Source: Utricularia gibba
Taxonomy: Eukaryota > Plantae > Magnoliophyta
Length of the DNA stretch: 64,000 bases
Reading direction: 5' to 3'
NCBI GenBank assembly: GCA_002189035.1
Contig: NEEC01000007.1
Location: 186,001-250,000, forward strand
The notes under the pieces were generated by a model. The model saw only the letters and a program-made list of their open reading frames with translations. It was not told the origin of the DNA and made no database searches. Below are positions 49,709 to 62,256 of this stretch, piece by piece; the first letter of the stretch is position 1, and each line of letters begins with the position of its first letter. The position numbers and the translations under genes are program-made.

Positions 49709-51049
49709 TCAAGAATAGTTGCAGGAGCCGGGATTCATGTAGCCGGAGAAAGCTGGCCAGACATTCGCGCACGCCGTGGTGATGTTACCATCCGGTGCAC
49801 TGGACGTCTGATCGATGTCCTTAAACGTCACATTTTCGCACGGCCGAGCTGCGCTGCACTTCAACATAATCGCTTCTTCGGTGAAGGATGTCCCTCTCAC
49901 GTTCTTTACCCTAACGCCGCTGATCTTGATTAATGACGGCTTCTGCAAACCACAATTTCACATCGGAATCCTGTTTTCCAAGGTTATCGAGATTCAAAAT
50001 TCTACTTACTTCGAGTGAGCACTGGTAGTGAGGGCAATATTCCTGATCGATAATGATTGGATTGCTGACATTGTTCATCTGCAGGTTTTCGAAGGACAAA
50101 TCGGAGATCCGTAGCGCCCATGGAGTAGATGGCCACGTCTTCACTCGAACGCCGTTTAGTGTACCGGTGAAGGTGCAATTCTCCACGTGAATTCCTTTTA
50201 CGTCCTTTTCGTTCTGGTACCTCCCAAGGCTTCCAATGCTCACGCCGTGTCCGGGTCCGCACTTCACGTTCTTGATGTAAACTTCGCTGCTTTCATCGCC
50301 GATTGATATGCAATCATCTCCTGTTTCGATTACTGTATCCAGGACATGAATACCACTAACGCGAGCCAGGTGTAGTCCGTCCGTGTTGGGGCTATTACCG
50401 GGAGCCGACGCAGTGAACCTCTGGAATGTTACGTTCTGGCTGGAAATGCAGTTTACATGGAAATTCTTGCTGTCTTTGCTCGTCACGTCATGAATGTAGG
50501 AGTTATTGATGAAGTTGAAGCTCAGATTCTGCGAATCAGCATCATTGAAGTCAAGTCTTATGCTTCATAATCAAGGGTAGAAACAGAACAGGGAGATCGA
50601 TCGTACGATGGGAAGCTTTGTGCATTCAAAGCGCTTGTGGCAATCATTCATCTTCCATGCACTCTGGCCCTGACCATCGAAAATGCCTCCGCCGGAGAGG
50701 GTGAAGCGATCGACATAATTGATCATTATCCATTCCTCGTTTCGCTTAGGCAACTGGAACACATCAGGGTTGGCTTTGATGGTGCCTTGGACTTCGAGCT
50801 CAAGGGGGCCTTATTGTACTCCAGTCTCACTTGGCTCAGGTACCATGTTCCCTTCGGAACCACGATCTTTGTTGGTTGTGTTGAATTGGTGGCATCCTTC
50901 CATGCCCTTAATAAGGCTTGAGCAATATCCCCACTAGGAGTTGCACCGTAATCTCTGATATCGAACACCATGGGCCCAGAAGATGCTTCGACATAATATG
51001 TCGAAGCGATGATTAAAATCATCAGTTTGGCAATTCTAGGCAGCCCCAT
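49709..51049 (-). CDS. Secreted GH28 (exo)polygalacturonase, pollen-type; one apparent 1-nt frameshift
   Basis: Signal peptide and catalytic motifs SPNTDG, TGDDCISIG, GPGHGVSIGSLG and RVKT, in three exons. Exon 1 needs the G5 at 50804-50808 to be G6. Confidence 0.9.
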
Positions 51050-51431
51050 GGTCGATACCAGAGACTACTATTTTATTCCTTGTAATGGAAGGGAAGAGGT
51101 AGAAGAGAAACTGAACGATGGTCTTACTGGTGCAATGGCTGCAGAGTTTTATACCTGATTTCTGTCACTAATTTTAGAAGGTATGATTCTGCAGTGATCC
51201 CTTTTTCTCTCTGCACCGTGACATTTCTGGGGTACAGAACAGACTGATTCCCCACCTCTGGCTTCTGTTCATTCTTTCCATGATCCCATCGGACAGCATG
51301 TTGAAGATGAAGCAGCTACTACCAGCATTTTCGGAAGTGGTGGTAGCAGCAAATTCAACGACAATTGCAGGGAGAAACGTAAGAGACCACTTACTTCTTG
51401 GACTTCTGGCATTTGGAGGAGCGCCACTGTT

Positions 51432-51771
51432 TTAGTGGAGAAAATCCTATGGAACAACTTCAAGAAGCTTTCTTTGTTTTGACTCAGTGATCTTCTTCAG
51501 GGTTTCCGGGTTTGTGATCCTCTGAAGCTTAGTCCCCATTCTAAGAATATTCATCCCTTTCTTCTTCTTCTTCATCCTCAGCTCCGCCGTTGTCCCCTTC
51601 CGCTGACATGCACAGCAGACGCACTTCGCGTCCTCGCATCTTTGGCGATTTTTGACACCAATGTCCATGGAAACTGAGTAGCTTCTCCACTTCCTGCGCT
51701 GCTCTCTTTCTCATGAAGGTTTCGCCGCCGAAGCCTTCATCCAGACGCCGGAGGTCGATCGACCAAGCCAT
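51432..51771 (-). pseudogene. Decayed CCDC86/Cgr1-like nucleolar coiled-coil gene
   Basis: Recognisable pieces lie in three frames: MAWSIDLRRLDEGFGGETFMRKR, RTRSASAVHVS and RKGTT...KKKKGMNILRMGTKLQRITNPETLKKITESKQRKLLEVVP*DFL. The internal coiled coil is missing and there is an in-frame TAG at 51447. Family assignment is from recall. Confidence 0.6.
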
Positions 51772-52650
51772 TTCCGGCGGATAGTTGACGGACAGTCAAT
51801 GAAATAGGGGTTTCTCGAAGGAGAAGCAATTGGGCCTTTTTCAATGGGGGTGTATACCCAGAACGGCATTGGGCTAACCCCAAACAGAGGTTTTGTCCGG
51901 TCCCCAACACCCAAGCCCAAGGTATATTTCATTCATCATTTTTTAAATTTTCTCGTACGGGGTTTTTAAATTTAAATAAATCAGTGTGTACGGTCTGGCG
52001 TGATCATCACGGCCTGAAAAAAACAAACAACATTTTGCGATAGACGTGAAGGTCGGTCATCCTGCGTGCGACGTCTAGCACTCACTGTAGTCAATAAAAT
52101 CGGAAAGCACGGGTCCCACTCCATTGACTGCTTCTCGTTTTATGGTTGAGAGCTTTGGGTTGGGGAGAAACCTCGCTTAAGTTCAAATAAATTGGCTACT
52201 TTGTTGTGTGTTAAAAATAAATCGATTAATCACTATATAGATTTATAAACAAAAAATAAGCCATAAATATTTTACCAATCAAATTCCTCAATCTGGAATC
52301 ATAGTATTGCAACGGGACGCTAAAATCTAGTCACTTGTTCTTCCTCCAGGGAGGGTTGAACCTCTCGTGTGTTCCAGAATATTCTTTTTTTGTGCCTTCA
52401 GTCTTTTTAGTTGTCGGTGTGTGTGGCTAATCGACGTAGGGACGTCGACACGTATCACAATAATGGGAAAAAAAACACCACACGAGTCTAATTTTGTTAT
52501 AGACTATTTTGAGATCGTCAATTTAAGGAGCAGTAAGAGCAAATATTTTATTGCGAGTGATTATTTATTTTGGTACAGAGGAGTAAGTACATTGCCATTT
52601 GCCACTGTGCCAGCACCACCACAGAAGACCGAGAGCTTCCTCATCCTCAT

Positions 52651-53115
52651 CTAGGGCTTGGCCTCCGCTTCACCGGCTTCATGGGGACCGTGACGACCAC
52701 CACGGCCTCCGCCGTAGTGGCCTCCGCCGTAGTGGCCTCCGCCGTAGTGACCTCCGCCGTAGTGGCCTCCGCCGAAGTGGCCTCCTCCGTGGCCTCCTCC
52801 GTAGTAACGGTCCTCAGCAACTACCTCGCCGGCATCATGAGGATGCCCCCCACCGTAGCCGTGCCTAGGCCTTGGGGGTAGCGGCCATAACCGTACCCAC
52901 CACCGTGATAATGATCCTCAACAGCTACCTCTGCCGCAGAAAGAAACAGCATTCAAGGTTAATGGAGTAATGCCAGGAGAGGAGAGGGCAGAAAAGAGTC
53001 TGTGTGTCTCACCTGCATCAGTCTTCTCAGCCAGATCTCTAGCAGCCACCTGCGAAGAAACAAGCACCAGAGCAACCAGGAAGAAGCCAGCCAACAGAAC
53101 CGCCTTGGAACCCAT
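52651..53115 (-). CDS. Secreted glycine-rich protein (GGGHY repeats); one apparent 1-nt frameshift
   Basis: Signal peptide MGSKAVLLAGFFLVALVLVSSQVAARDLAE, one intron, then (GGGHY)n...HEAGEAEAKP*. It needs the G5 at 52874-52878 to be G6. TATA box (reverse) at about 53178. Confidence 0.85.
52705..52803. repeat. Coding 15-bp tandem repeat (GGGHY codons)
   Basis: gcctccgccgtagtg x5 with variants, followed by two 12-bp units. Confidence 0.9.
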
Positions 53116-54439
53116 CTTCTGCTTCCTCTTCTTCTTCTTCTGATGATGATGATGATCTCAAGTGTGCAAGAGCAGTGGTATTTATAGGCGAAAAATGTGC
53201 ACCCACCCACCACTCATGACTCGACACACATATCGTTAGAAAATACATCAATTAATTTCCATTTTTTTAATAACCAGGAATGAATGCATGTGCATGTCAC
53301 GTTCCTCCTAATTGTAATTTTCGTGCAATAATTAATTATAAAAATAAAAAATATTATCTGATGCCTCCGGGGGGAGTAGAAGCAGTTGGGGGCCAGTGGT
53401 AGCTGGATTGATAGGATCGCGTTAAATGATTGATCGTGGCGCAGTGCAGTGCGTATCTGGCCTTGTTTTTCCCCCACATGCATCCTCGCAATTTCAACAA
53501 ATAAATAAATAAATAAACCCAATTCTCCTACTTTGGAAACCCGATTCCTAAACTCTCATCTCATAAAACCCAACTAACTACCCATACTGCCTTCGTTAGG
53601 CATTATACTGTAATTAAGTGAATTATTTATTTTTGAATGTACTTGAAATTGAAATATATTTTACTATAATTATATTTTATGAATTCATATTTCAAATAAT
53701 ATTATATGAAAATAACAAATCTACTAAATAAATATAAAGGGTATCTATTTTTTTAATCGACGATAATTGAGAATTAGGGAAGGTGATTTGATGTTATAAA
53801 TAGATATATTTCTTTCCTTGCCGTTCTGTCTGCCAGCTGTCTTACCGTGGGCCCGCCGAGGATAAGTCAAAAGGGGCGGCTGGAAAACTGTGGCTGGCTG
53901 GCTGGCGTTCACACCCATCCACCACCGGTGGCCGGTGGTTGTGTCCAATACAAAAATGAATTAAATAAAGAGTAATAGTAGTAGACACGGGCCCGAGGCC
54001 CACTCCAGCAATGGACACCAGTCGGCCGGCCCTTCGTTTCTTGTATGCTTTTATTAAACATTTGTGCCCGCCAGCGTCGTTGGTTATGGGCCGACCCAAC
54101 CAGGACCATGTTCCACGGGTCCGGGTCGGTTCCTGAATTCAATTTTTGTAAAACTGCAACGCTAAAAAGAATGGACGACTGATCCCGGGACCTGTTTGTT
54201 GTTACAGGGTGCTACTGTTTACGAGTGGACAAGTATTTTGTAAGGTAACCGCCCAAGTAATCAGCAACATCATCCTATAATGAGTTCGCAAACCGCTAAC
54301 CTGAAAAAAACAAGTCACTGTGAACACAAGCTGGGTGAAGGGAGGCATGGGACCCCGACTAGGCAGGCATGTAAAAACTGCGGACTCAGTGGCATTAGAA
54401 GTGTACCTGGGTGGATTTACCGATGGCACCCCGATGCTG

Positions 54440-56697
54440 TTAGACCCTCCGGCGCACTCTCCGACCACCGCTCTCGGTTGGGTTCGCGGATTCTGCGAGT
54501 CCACCATCTGCGGCCAAGTCTAGCCCAAATATACTGCTCCCGCTTCTTTTCTTTCCAGAGACGAGGTTTGATTTATCATCCACCAATGCAACGGTTTCCA
54601 GCAGCTCCGGCAATAACAAGGGGCAGCTCTGCTCCAAGTATTTGAATCCTTCGGATTGCATCACCGCTGAGGAACCAGACAGTTTATAACAAACAAGGGT
54701 GATAAGAAAACAGACGGTCGGAGCGAGTTCATTGGCAAGGTGACAAGTCAACAGTCGTTACTCTGAAACAACATGCCTAAATGTCACTGCACCATTGCTT
54801 AACATCAACCAAATCAAACAGTGACGCATTTAGAAGCAGTGCGCACCAAATTTCAATGCCAATAGCCTATAGGTAACAGATAATAAAAACTAATGAAATA
54901 ACCTGAAACACTGCATGGCTCAGATCTATGGACTACACGCACCTCCCAAGTTTGATGCAGCAAATTTTAAACATATTGCCTTAAGCTGTGGGCTGTGATG
55001 CTGCTCTGCAAGCGAAAGAGTTGTCGCTACATTATCAGCGGTGATATCTTCACATAGTTTTGCCTCACATAACTGTTTCAGCCTCTCCAGACCAAAGCGG
55101 TCGGCAGCAGCCAATAGATGTTGCATCATGATTGCAGAAGATGTAGATGTTGAGCCAGTTATTTCATGAAAGCTGGGGAGCTCATCAGAGTAAATAAACC
55201 GGAGCATAGCCTGCATAAAAATGCATGTTACAATCATTTCACGAAAGGCGAAAAAGGGCAGACAAAGAAGTTCATTAACCAGAATTTCTCAATGATCAAA
55301 ATGAGGACACAGCAAGTCTCCCAATCGATAGCTCAACCAGCTATGTTGTTCTAAATACATACGGTTAAGCTCCGAGAATATGCCCTCCCCATGCAAATCA
55401 TATTTTGAACAGCATTCACCGTACTTTCAGTATAGAGTAAATACTATGCAAAGGAAATTGAGATATTATACTGCCTAATTCAGATCATCCCTGTGTTTAC
55501 TGGGACCCTAGTGGCAACAGATCATGCTAATTAATCTTTGTGCCAATAATATTAGCTTTCTGCTGTAGTAGCAAAATTGTGATAAAATTCAATCATAAAG
55601 GCACCAAAAGATGAGTAAATTCAAGTGAACAGAATGTGACCTTAAAAACAAATGGTTCAACATCTTCAACAAATACTTTGTCAGTATGTGGATTTCCGAC
55701 AGGTCCAAGAAACTGGGCCTTAAAAACAGGTGATCGTGCAGCAAGAATCAGTTTATGAGCCCTGAAAGACTCTTCCCCGACGTGAAAAATTAGATCACAA
55801 CCTATTTCAGAGTTCAAAAAAGACATGAGATTTTGGCCAATATCCGATGGAGGGATGGGAATGCTGGACAACTTTGGCCCTTGAATGCGAGTACGAACAA
55901 CTCCAACTGTGCAATGCATAGAAAGACAGTCGTCCTTGAGAAAATTAGACGTTTCTAAAGCAGACCTTTTGAAAAATCGCTTGTAACCCCTGTAAAAACA
56001 GATAGCATTAGAAAAGAGTCACCTACCTACCACAGATTCAATTGGCCGTAAAATAAATATAAATATATGCGCAGAAATTGCTGTTGCATAAGTGATTGTC
56101 ACAAATCTTGATAACTGGAGTCGGAAACCTAAGCCCTAAATAAGATCAGGCACCTCTATCATAAAACCAATTTAATCCATCTAGAAGATCAAACTTAGAC
56201 GATGACTATGGAAGCCCTGGAGTCCTCATTCAACACCAGTCACCCCATTCAGAAAATGAACAAGAAAATAAAATCAAGTATCTGGATGAAGAAATTCGAA
56301 ACAAATGATCATAGTACCACATGCTTCCCCGGTATTTCAAGGTATATGGCCCGCTTTCCAAAGCCCGATCGAAATGACTATGCACCTTGTGCCTTCCCTT
56401 GCCACTCTGATCCAAAAGGGTGAGCTCAAACAGCGCCCTCACATCAGTTCCATCGCTAGCCAGTGCTATGAAAACCGACACATACGTTGAAGTATCATCA
56501 GGGTTTTTCCCATCGGGATAAAAGTAAATCGCCCAATCAAACCCCCCGATGGTGAAAGTATCCGACGAAATGTACTTTCCAGGGCCCATTCCCTTCGCCA
56601 AAGAGTAGCCTTGCACGGTAAAATGATGAGACCCATTCACCGTCTCGTTCACCGATCGCGAGCTCGAATCTAGGGGTTCGTTGCAAGCTACAATCAT
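54440..56697 (-). CDS. BPM3: MATH-BTB/POZ Cullin3 adaptor, BPM3-like
   Basis: Four exons encode [21 protein letters not shown]...[60 protein letters not shown] and [11 protein letters not shown]. Confidence 0.92.
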
Positions 56698-56868
56698 CTC
56701 ATCGAGACAGGAAATCAAGATCTTTCCTCCAGATTTCTCACTCAAGATCGAATCTAGCGGTTCAAACAATCGCTTGCCCTACGAGATGCAATGAGTCGTT
56801 GCGAAGCTGGATAAGACGACAAGTCCTGAAGCACAAACAAGAATGAAATTGGGAATGACTCTCCATCT

Positions 56869-57002
56869 TGGGCTGCACGAGTTGGGCTTGCGTTTATCAA
56901 TTTGGGCTTAAGTACTAGACTGCTGAACGCGATTAACGTACGGATTAACACATTTATTTTTATTTTATTTATTTTTTCAAGGGTATTTCTATTTTCGGCC
57001 CA
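56869..57002. promoter_or_regulatory. Shared divergent promoter of BPM3-like and SUVH4 with site II motifs
   Basis: The two ATGs are 531 bp apart, head to head. TGGGCT at 56869, 56883 and 56903; GGCCCA at 56997. Confidence 0.6.
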
Positions 57003-57228
57003 ACGGCTAGTTTTCAATTACCGAGGAAGAGAGAGGAGAATCCCAGGGAATTGATGAAATGGTTTGAAATAAGGGTGGCTATAAATAAAAAATCAATCAC
57101 CGCCATTTCCATTTCACTTCCCGCTACCACCTCCAGTTTCTCTCCCACTTTTTGGCGGCAGCGTGGATACACAACCCTAGGCGGAACCTCCATTTCTTCT
57201 TCCACCGCTCCGGAATCCAGAGCCGGAA

Positions 57229-60200
57229 ATGGTGCGGTTGCTAAGGAAGAGGAAGAAGGTTCAGAGCTCGGAGGAGTTGAGCAATGGCGGTTCGGATACT
57301 GGCTGCGACGACGCTTTGGGAGCGGGATGCACAGACACGGCCGTCATTGGTGACCTGCCAGTGGAGAAGAGTGGGCATGCTCTTGTTAAGGAAACTCTGC
57401 GTAAATTCAACAGGCTGTACCTCCATTTTGTTCAGGTGAATAATTAATGACCCGTGATAAACTTGTTTTTGTCTCCTTGAGGAAGAATGTGGTATGTACT
57501 GATATGTTTCTTGCTAGAGAGAATGCGCTGTTAACTTTTGCTCCTGCTAATAATTTGTAGGAAGAAAAGAAAAGGTGTGCCGAAGCTGACAGTAAGATGG
57601 GGAAGAAATTCAAGGTTCAAGAGTGATTCATTCGTTAATGTCTTAGGTATACAAGCGGGCGCTTATGTTTTACATTGAAATGAAATGCAGGAAAACATAC
57701 TGGCAACTAATGGAAGCATTAAAAAACCTTCTAAGCGACCTGATTTGAAAGTCATAACTGAGGTACATATGATGCCTGCTTTTTGCCTCATATTGATCGT
57801 ATTTGTTGCTTGCCCACTGATGACTGTTTTATTTTTGTAAGCCCAATAGTGGTTTACGCACTTCATTTTGATAGTTGCCCTTTTCGTCATCTAGTTAAAT
57901 TTTGGTTCTTTGTATTTTTCATCCACAAAGTGGAGTTAGCGATTTTTATTCCCTCTTGTTAGACATGGCTATTAAGGTGGAACAGCGGGCTTCTTAATTT
58001 TCCTACTCAATTAAATGGAAGTAGTTGTTGTTGGAAAATCCTTGAAATCAGGCAAAAAAGTATGTAATCCAGTTTTATAATGTTTGCAAATGGCAGATGA
58101 AGAGGAATCAAACTACATTAAACCCGAGGAAGAAAATAGGCTCCATTCCAGGTTGATATTCTTGAGGTTGACGTTATAGCTACAATTTGTTATGATTGGT
58201 CTAACATCTTCTTGCAACTGTGAATCTTATAAATTGAGACAAGACAAATGCAGTTACTTCCAAAAATATGAAAGTGACTCATAGTGATATGCATGCAATC
58301 GTCATTTTGATGGGATTCTTCGTTTACACGAGGTTATGCTAATAGCTTGGCCCTTTGCCATAGTTTTTTCAGTCAAGAAAAGTAAATTGCATTACCACAG
58401 GTGATGCCTTTTTCGAAGTGTGCTAAATAATCTCAAAAAAATTGCATATTTTTACAACGATACTCTAGTAAATTGTTTGCACATTGACCATGTTTAAGCA
58501 CACACATTCATTTAAATGCGTGACTTAAAACTTTAATTACAAAATGGTGGTTATTTTTGCTTCATTTCACTTGATGGCAGGCATAGATGTTGGTTACCAG
58601 TTTTTTTCACGTGCTGAGATGTTTGTAGTGGGACTTCATAATCATTGGCTAAATGGAATTGATTTCATTGGCCAAAATGGAAGAAGTATTCATAAAATAG
58701 GGGACGATGTGGTACATTCTGATGCTGCGTCTCAATTTTTACCTTTACTACTTTGTATCCCATGCAATTGATTCTTGTCTTCTGAATTAAACAAGATAAT
58801 TCAGTGATACTTTCTCTCCATTTGAACATTGCTTTGTTGTCATCCGATTCCCTTTTCAGGATTCAAAGACATATAAGCTTCCACTTGCTATATCGATTGT
58901 CTTATCTGGCCAGTATGAGGATGATTTAGATAAAAGCGATGAGATTGTCTATACTGGTCAAGGAGGGAACAATTTGCTCGGAGATAAGCGTCAAATCAGT
59001 GACCAAAAGTTACTGCGGGGCAATTTGGGGTTAAAGGCATGATTAGGCGCTTTCCTTTTTAACCTTTTATCATGTTCTCCAGGTTTCATAAGATTCGGGA
59101 AATGAAACTTTGTTGCTGTGTTATGGCTATAGTCCATGGTCATCTGATTATGATGTGATGAGAAACATAAGTGTATAACAGTAACATAAGGCAAAGTGCA
59201 TCATCTTGATTCAACTCTATCTTGAATTGTTGGTCTGACGAAAACTGTCGTAACATTTGAATACTATTGGGGCTGTCTGGCTTTTCTTGCCAAGCACATT
59301 AACTTTTGCTGCTGGTCATCCTTTTCGTAATTTTGAGATGTTCTTTGAAATTTTCTGATGCTATGCTACGTTATTATTGCATAGAACTGCATGGAGCAGG
59401 GTGTGCCTGTTAGGGTCACCAGGGGGCACAAATGCGATAATAGCTATGTGGGAAAGGTTTACACTTATGATGGCTTATACAAGGTAGTTTTGCCTATATG
59501 GATGGAGCATTAGTCTCTTTCTTTGTCTCATTTGTGTTTTTTAAATTGAATTGTTTTGAAGGTTGTCGATTACTGGGCCGAAACAGGCGTTTCAGGTTAT
59601 GTGGTTTATAAATTTAAGCTTAGACGACTTGAAGGACAGCCAACATTAACTACAAAGGAGGTCATCCTTAACCTCTCGTGACAGTTATAGTTTTCGTCAA
59701 TCTTAAGAACAAATCTATTCCAATTATAGTTTTGGTCCAATTTATTAATTTCTTCTACACATTACTTGAAATCCATGTAAGCTTTCTGATTTTGTGGTTT
59801 ATGGTTTCTTTTTGTAGGTATATTTCACTCGAGGTCGAATTCCAAAATCAATTTCTGATATAAATGGGTATCATTTGCATGCTTCTACTCTTTTTTCTGT
59901 TGCCCTTGTTTTGTTTGCATATTTTAATTCTTTTGGCCCTTTTTTCTTGGATGTAGATTAGTCTGCAAAGATATCTCTATGGGAGTAGAAGAAATTCCTA
60001 TCCCAGCCACTAATTTGATTGATGAAGTTTCTCTGAAAGGTTAGTCATTGCTCTTTTTTGGAGGTGGTGTCAAGTTATAAAGTTACAGTGTTGATCAATC
60101 TCGTTTGAAGTATTCTCGTCAATATCACACGAGTAAACCTTTCTAAGTACTTACATTCTGTTGGAATTGTCTTGCGAAGCTTTAGCTAGTAGGCATGGTG

Positions 60201-62256
60201 GTTTTGTAATTGTATAAGGATTCGACATTGGATCATGATCTTTGGGAATATTGAGCTCCAAAATTATTGTGTAAAGCAGTCTGAATGGGAAGAATATGAT
60301 TTTTGTTTTTGATTAACCTAGCGTTTTATCTTAAAATCTAGGTTTTGCCTATATCAAGCACATGAAGTTTAGTAAAAATATACCTTCCCCTGCTGTCGCT
60401 CCGGTTGGTTGTGGCTGCAAAGGCATTTGCAATGATCCTAGAACTTGTGCTTGTGCCAAACTCAATGGAGGAGATTTTCCCTTTGTCCACCACAATGTTG
60501 GAAGGTAGTGTGCTTTTAGACAATGAAATATTTTACTCCAAGTCAGTGAATTTGTCTAAAAAAAAAAATTTAAGATCTGTTTGGTGGAGCTTCAAAAAAT
60601 AATTCTAAAAAAACTGATTCTTTATATATTTAAGAAGTACTTTAATTTTTATTAGAACAGGAGTTTCTCAGTTTTTTAAAAGATTGAAGCTTTCAGTTTC
60701 ATGTGAAGTAGAAGTAACAAATGTTTTGTACAAAAATCACCCCTAAAAATATTTTTATTGAAGCTGGAACTGTACTAAACAGATTCTTAAAGTATCTAGT
60801 TCGTAAATCATACTGCTCTTGACAATGTTTCACTTAATGGAAAGCAGTATATTCTTCATTCATCATTTCCTAGGGCTATTTTTCTATAATGGGGCATTGC
60901 ATCAATGCTAACTACATCAAAGAAAAGAATAATGTGTTCTTTATAACTTTTTTATCCTCTTGGTTCTATCTGCTTCTCAGGCTTGTTGAGCCAAAAGCCA
61001 TTGTGTTTGAGTGTGGCCCAAATTGTGGATGTGACTCAAAATGCATTAATAGGACATGCCAGAATGGACCTATGTTCCGCTTAGAGGTTTGTCATCATGT
61101 ATCTTTCTCATTGTTATGAATTGGTTTGCGTTTATACTTACTTCATCGCAGGTATTTCGCACTGCAAGAAAAGGGTGGGGAGTTAGGTCTTGGGACTATA
61201 TACCTGCAGGGGCTCCAGTGTGTGAATACATTGGAGTTGTCAGAAGAACTAGTGATTTACATCGTGCTGCTGATAATAGCTATGTTTTTGATATAGATTG
61301 CTTGCAAACAATGCAAGGGTTGGATGGGCGAGAGGTATGTGATATTCTTGCTGCTCACTTTTATTAATTTAGCTTTCATGGATCTGCCGTTTGCTAGTTT
61401 CTGTTTAAGCAGGCGCTTTAGATTTTAATATAGGTTAGTAGCAAGGTTTACATTGACATTGGGATGCATGCATTTCTATGTAAAATAATGGATACTCTAT
61501 TTTGGAGTGTAATTTGCAAAATAAACCAGTTTCTGTTCCATGAGTTTTGAACTAATTTGTACAAGCTTTGCGAAATATGATTTAAGCAGTTTGCTGTTAA
61601 GTGTACTTGTTTTGAACCCAAGTTTTAGGTTTTGGAAATTTTTGGCTTCTCAGAAGTCACCCCAAGCACTTCGAGTTGTAATATTTCTATATGAAAAGGT
61701 ATCTTCCTTCGATTTCTGTCTAAAATTTGCTTATCCAAACCCCATTTACCAGAGTCGACTGAAGGATGTACAGTTGCCACCATATTTGGAGAAGCTTAAA
61801 AGTGAATCAGATAGTATACCGTTCTGCATTGATGCTGGAGAAACTGGAAATGTTGCTCGGTTCATCAATCACAGCTGTGGACCAAATCTGTTTGTGCAGT
61901 GCGTCCTCAGCAATCATCATGATATCAGACTTGCAAGAATAATCCTGATTGCTGCTGACAATATTCCGCCATTGAAGGTTGGTTCTTTCTCCTCTCAAAG
62001 TGAAAGATAATGAGATGCTTTACCCTATCTCCTAGTCATGACTGAGTTTTGAGGATATAACTTCACTCTACACCAGTGCATCTCATGTCTCAATCATCCA
62101 GGCATTACACAACAAACCATGAAGGTTTTTTATTTTCTACAGGAACTAACTTACGACTATTGCTACGAAATGGACAGTGTGCTTGGTCCGGGTGGGGAAA
62201 TTATGCAGGTCCCTTGTTATTGTGGGGCTGATGAATGCCGGAAGCGCCTGTATTAG
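57229..62256 (+). CDS. SUVH4: H3K9 methyltransferase SUVH4/KRYPTONITE (SRA, pre-SET, SET, post-SET)
   Basis: KPSKRPDLK; SRA (GYQFFSRAEM...SIVLSGQYEDD...YTGQGG...YTYDGLYKV); pre-SET Cys cluster; KGWGVRSWDYIPAGAPVCEYIG; ARFINHSC; ELTYDY...CYCGADECRKRLY*. GC-AG intron at 59037. Confidence 0.95.

Noticed and set aside
59154-59238. Possible intronic C/D snoRNA in SUVH4 (GTGATGA...CTGA, 85 nt)
   Set aside because: No terminal stem, no clear C'/D' boxes, and no rRNA-complementary guide that I could identify.
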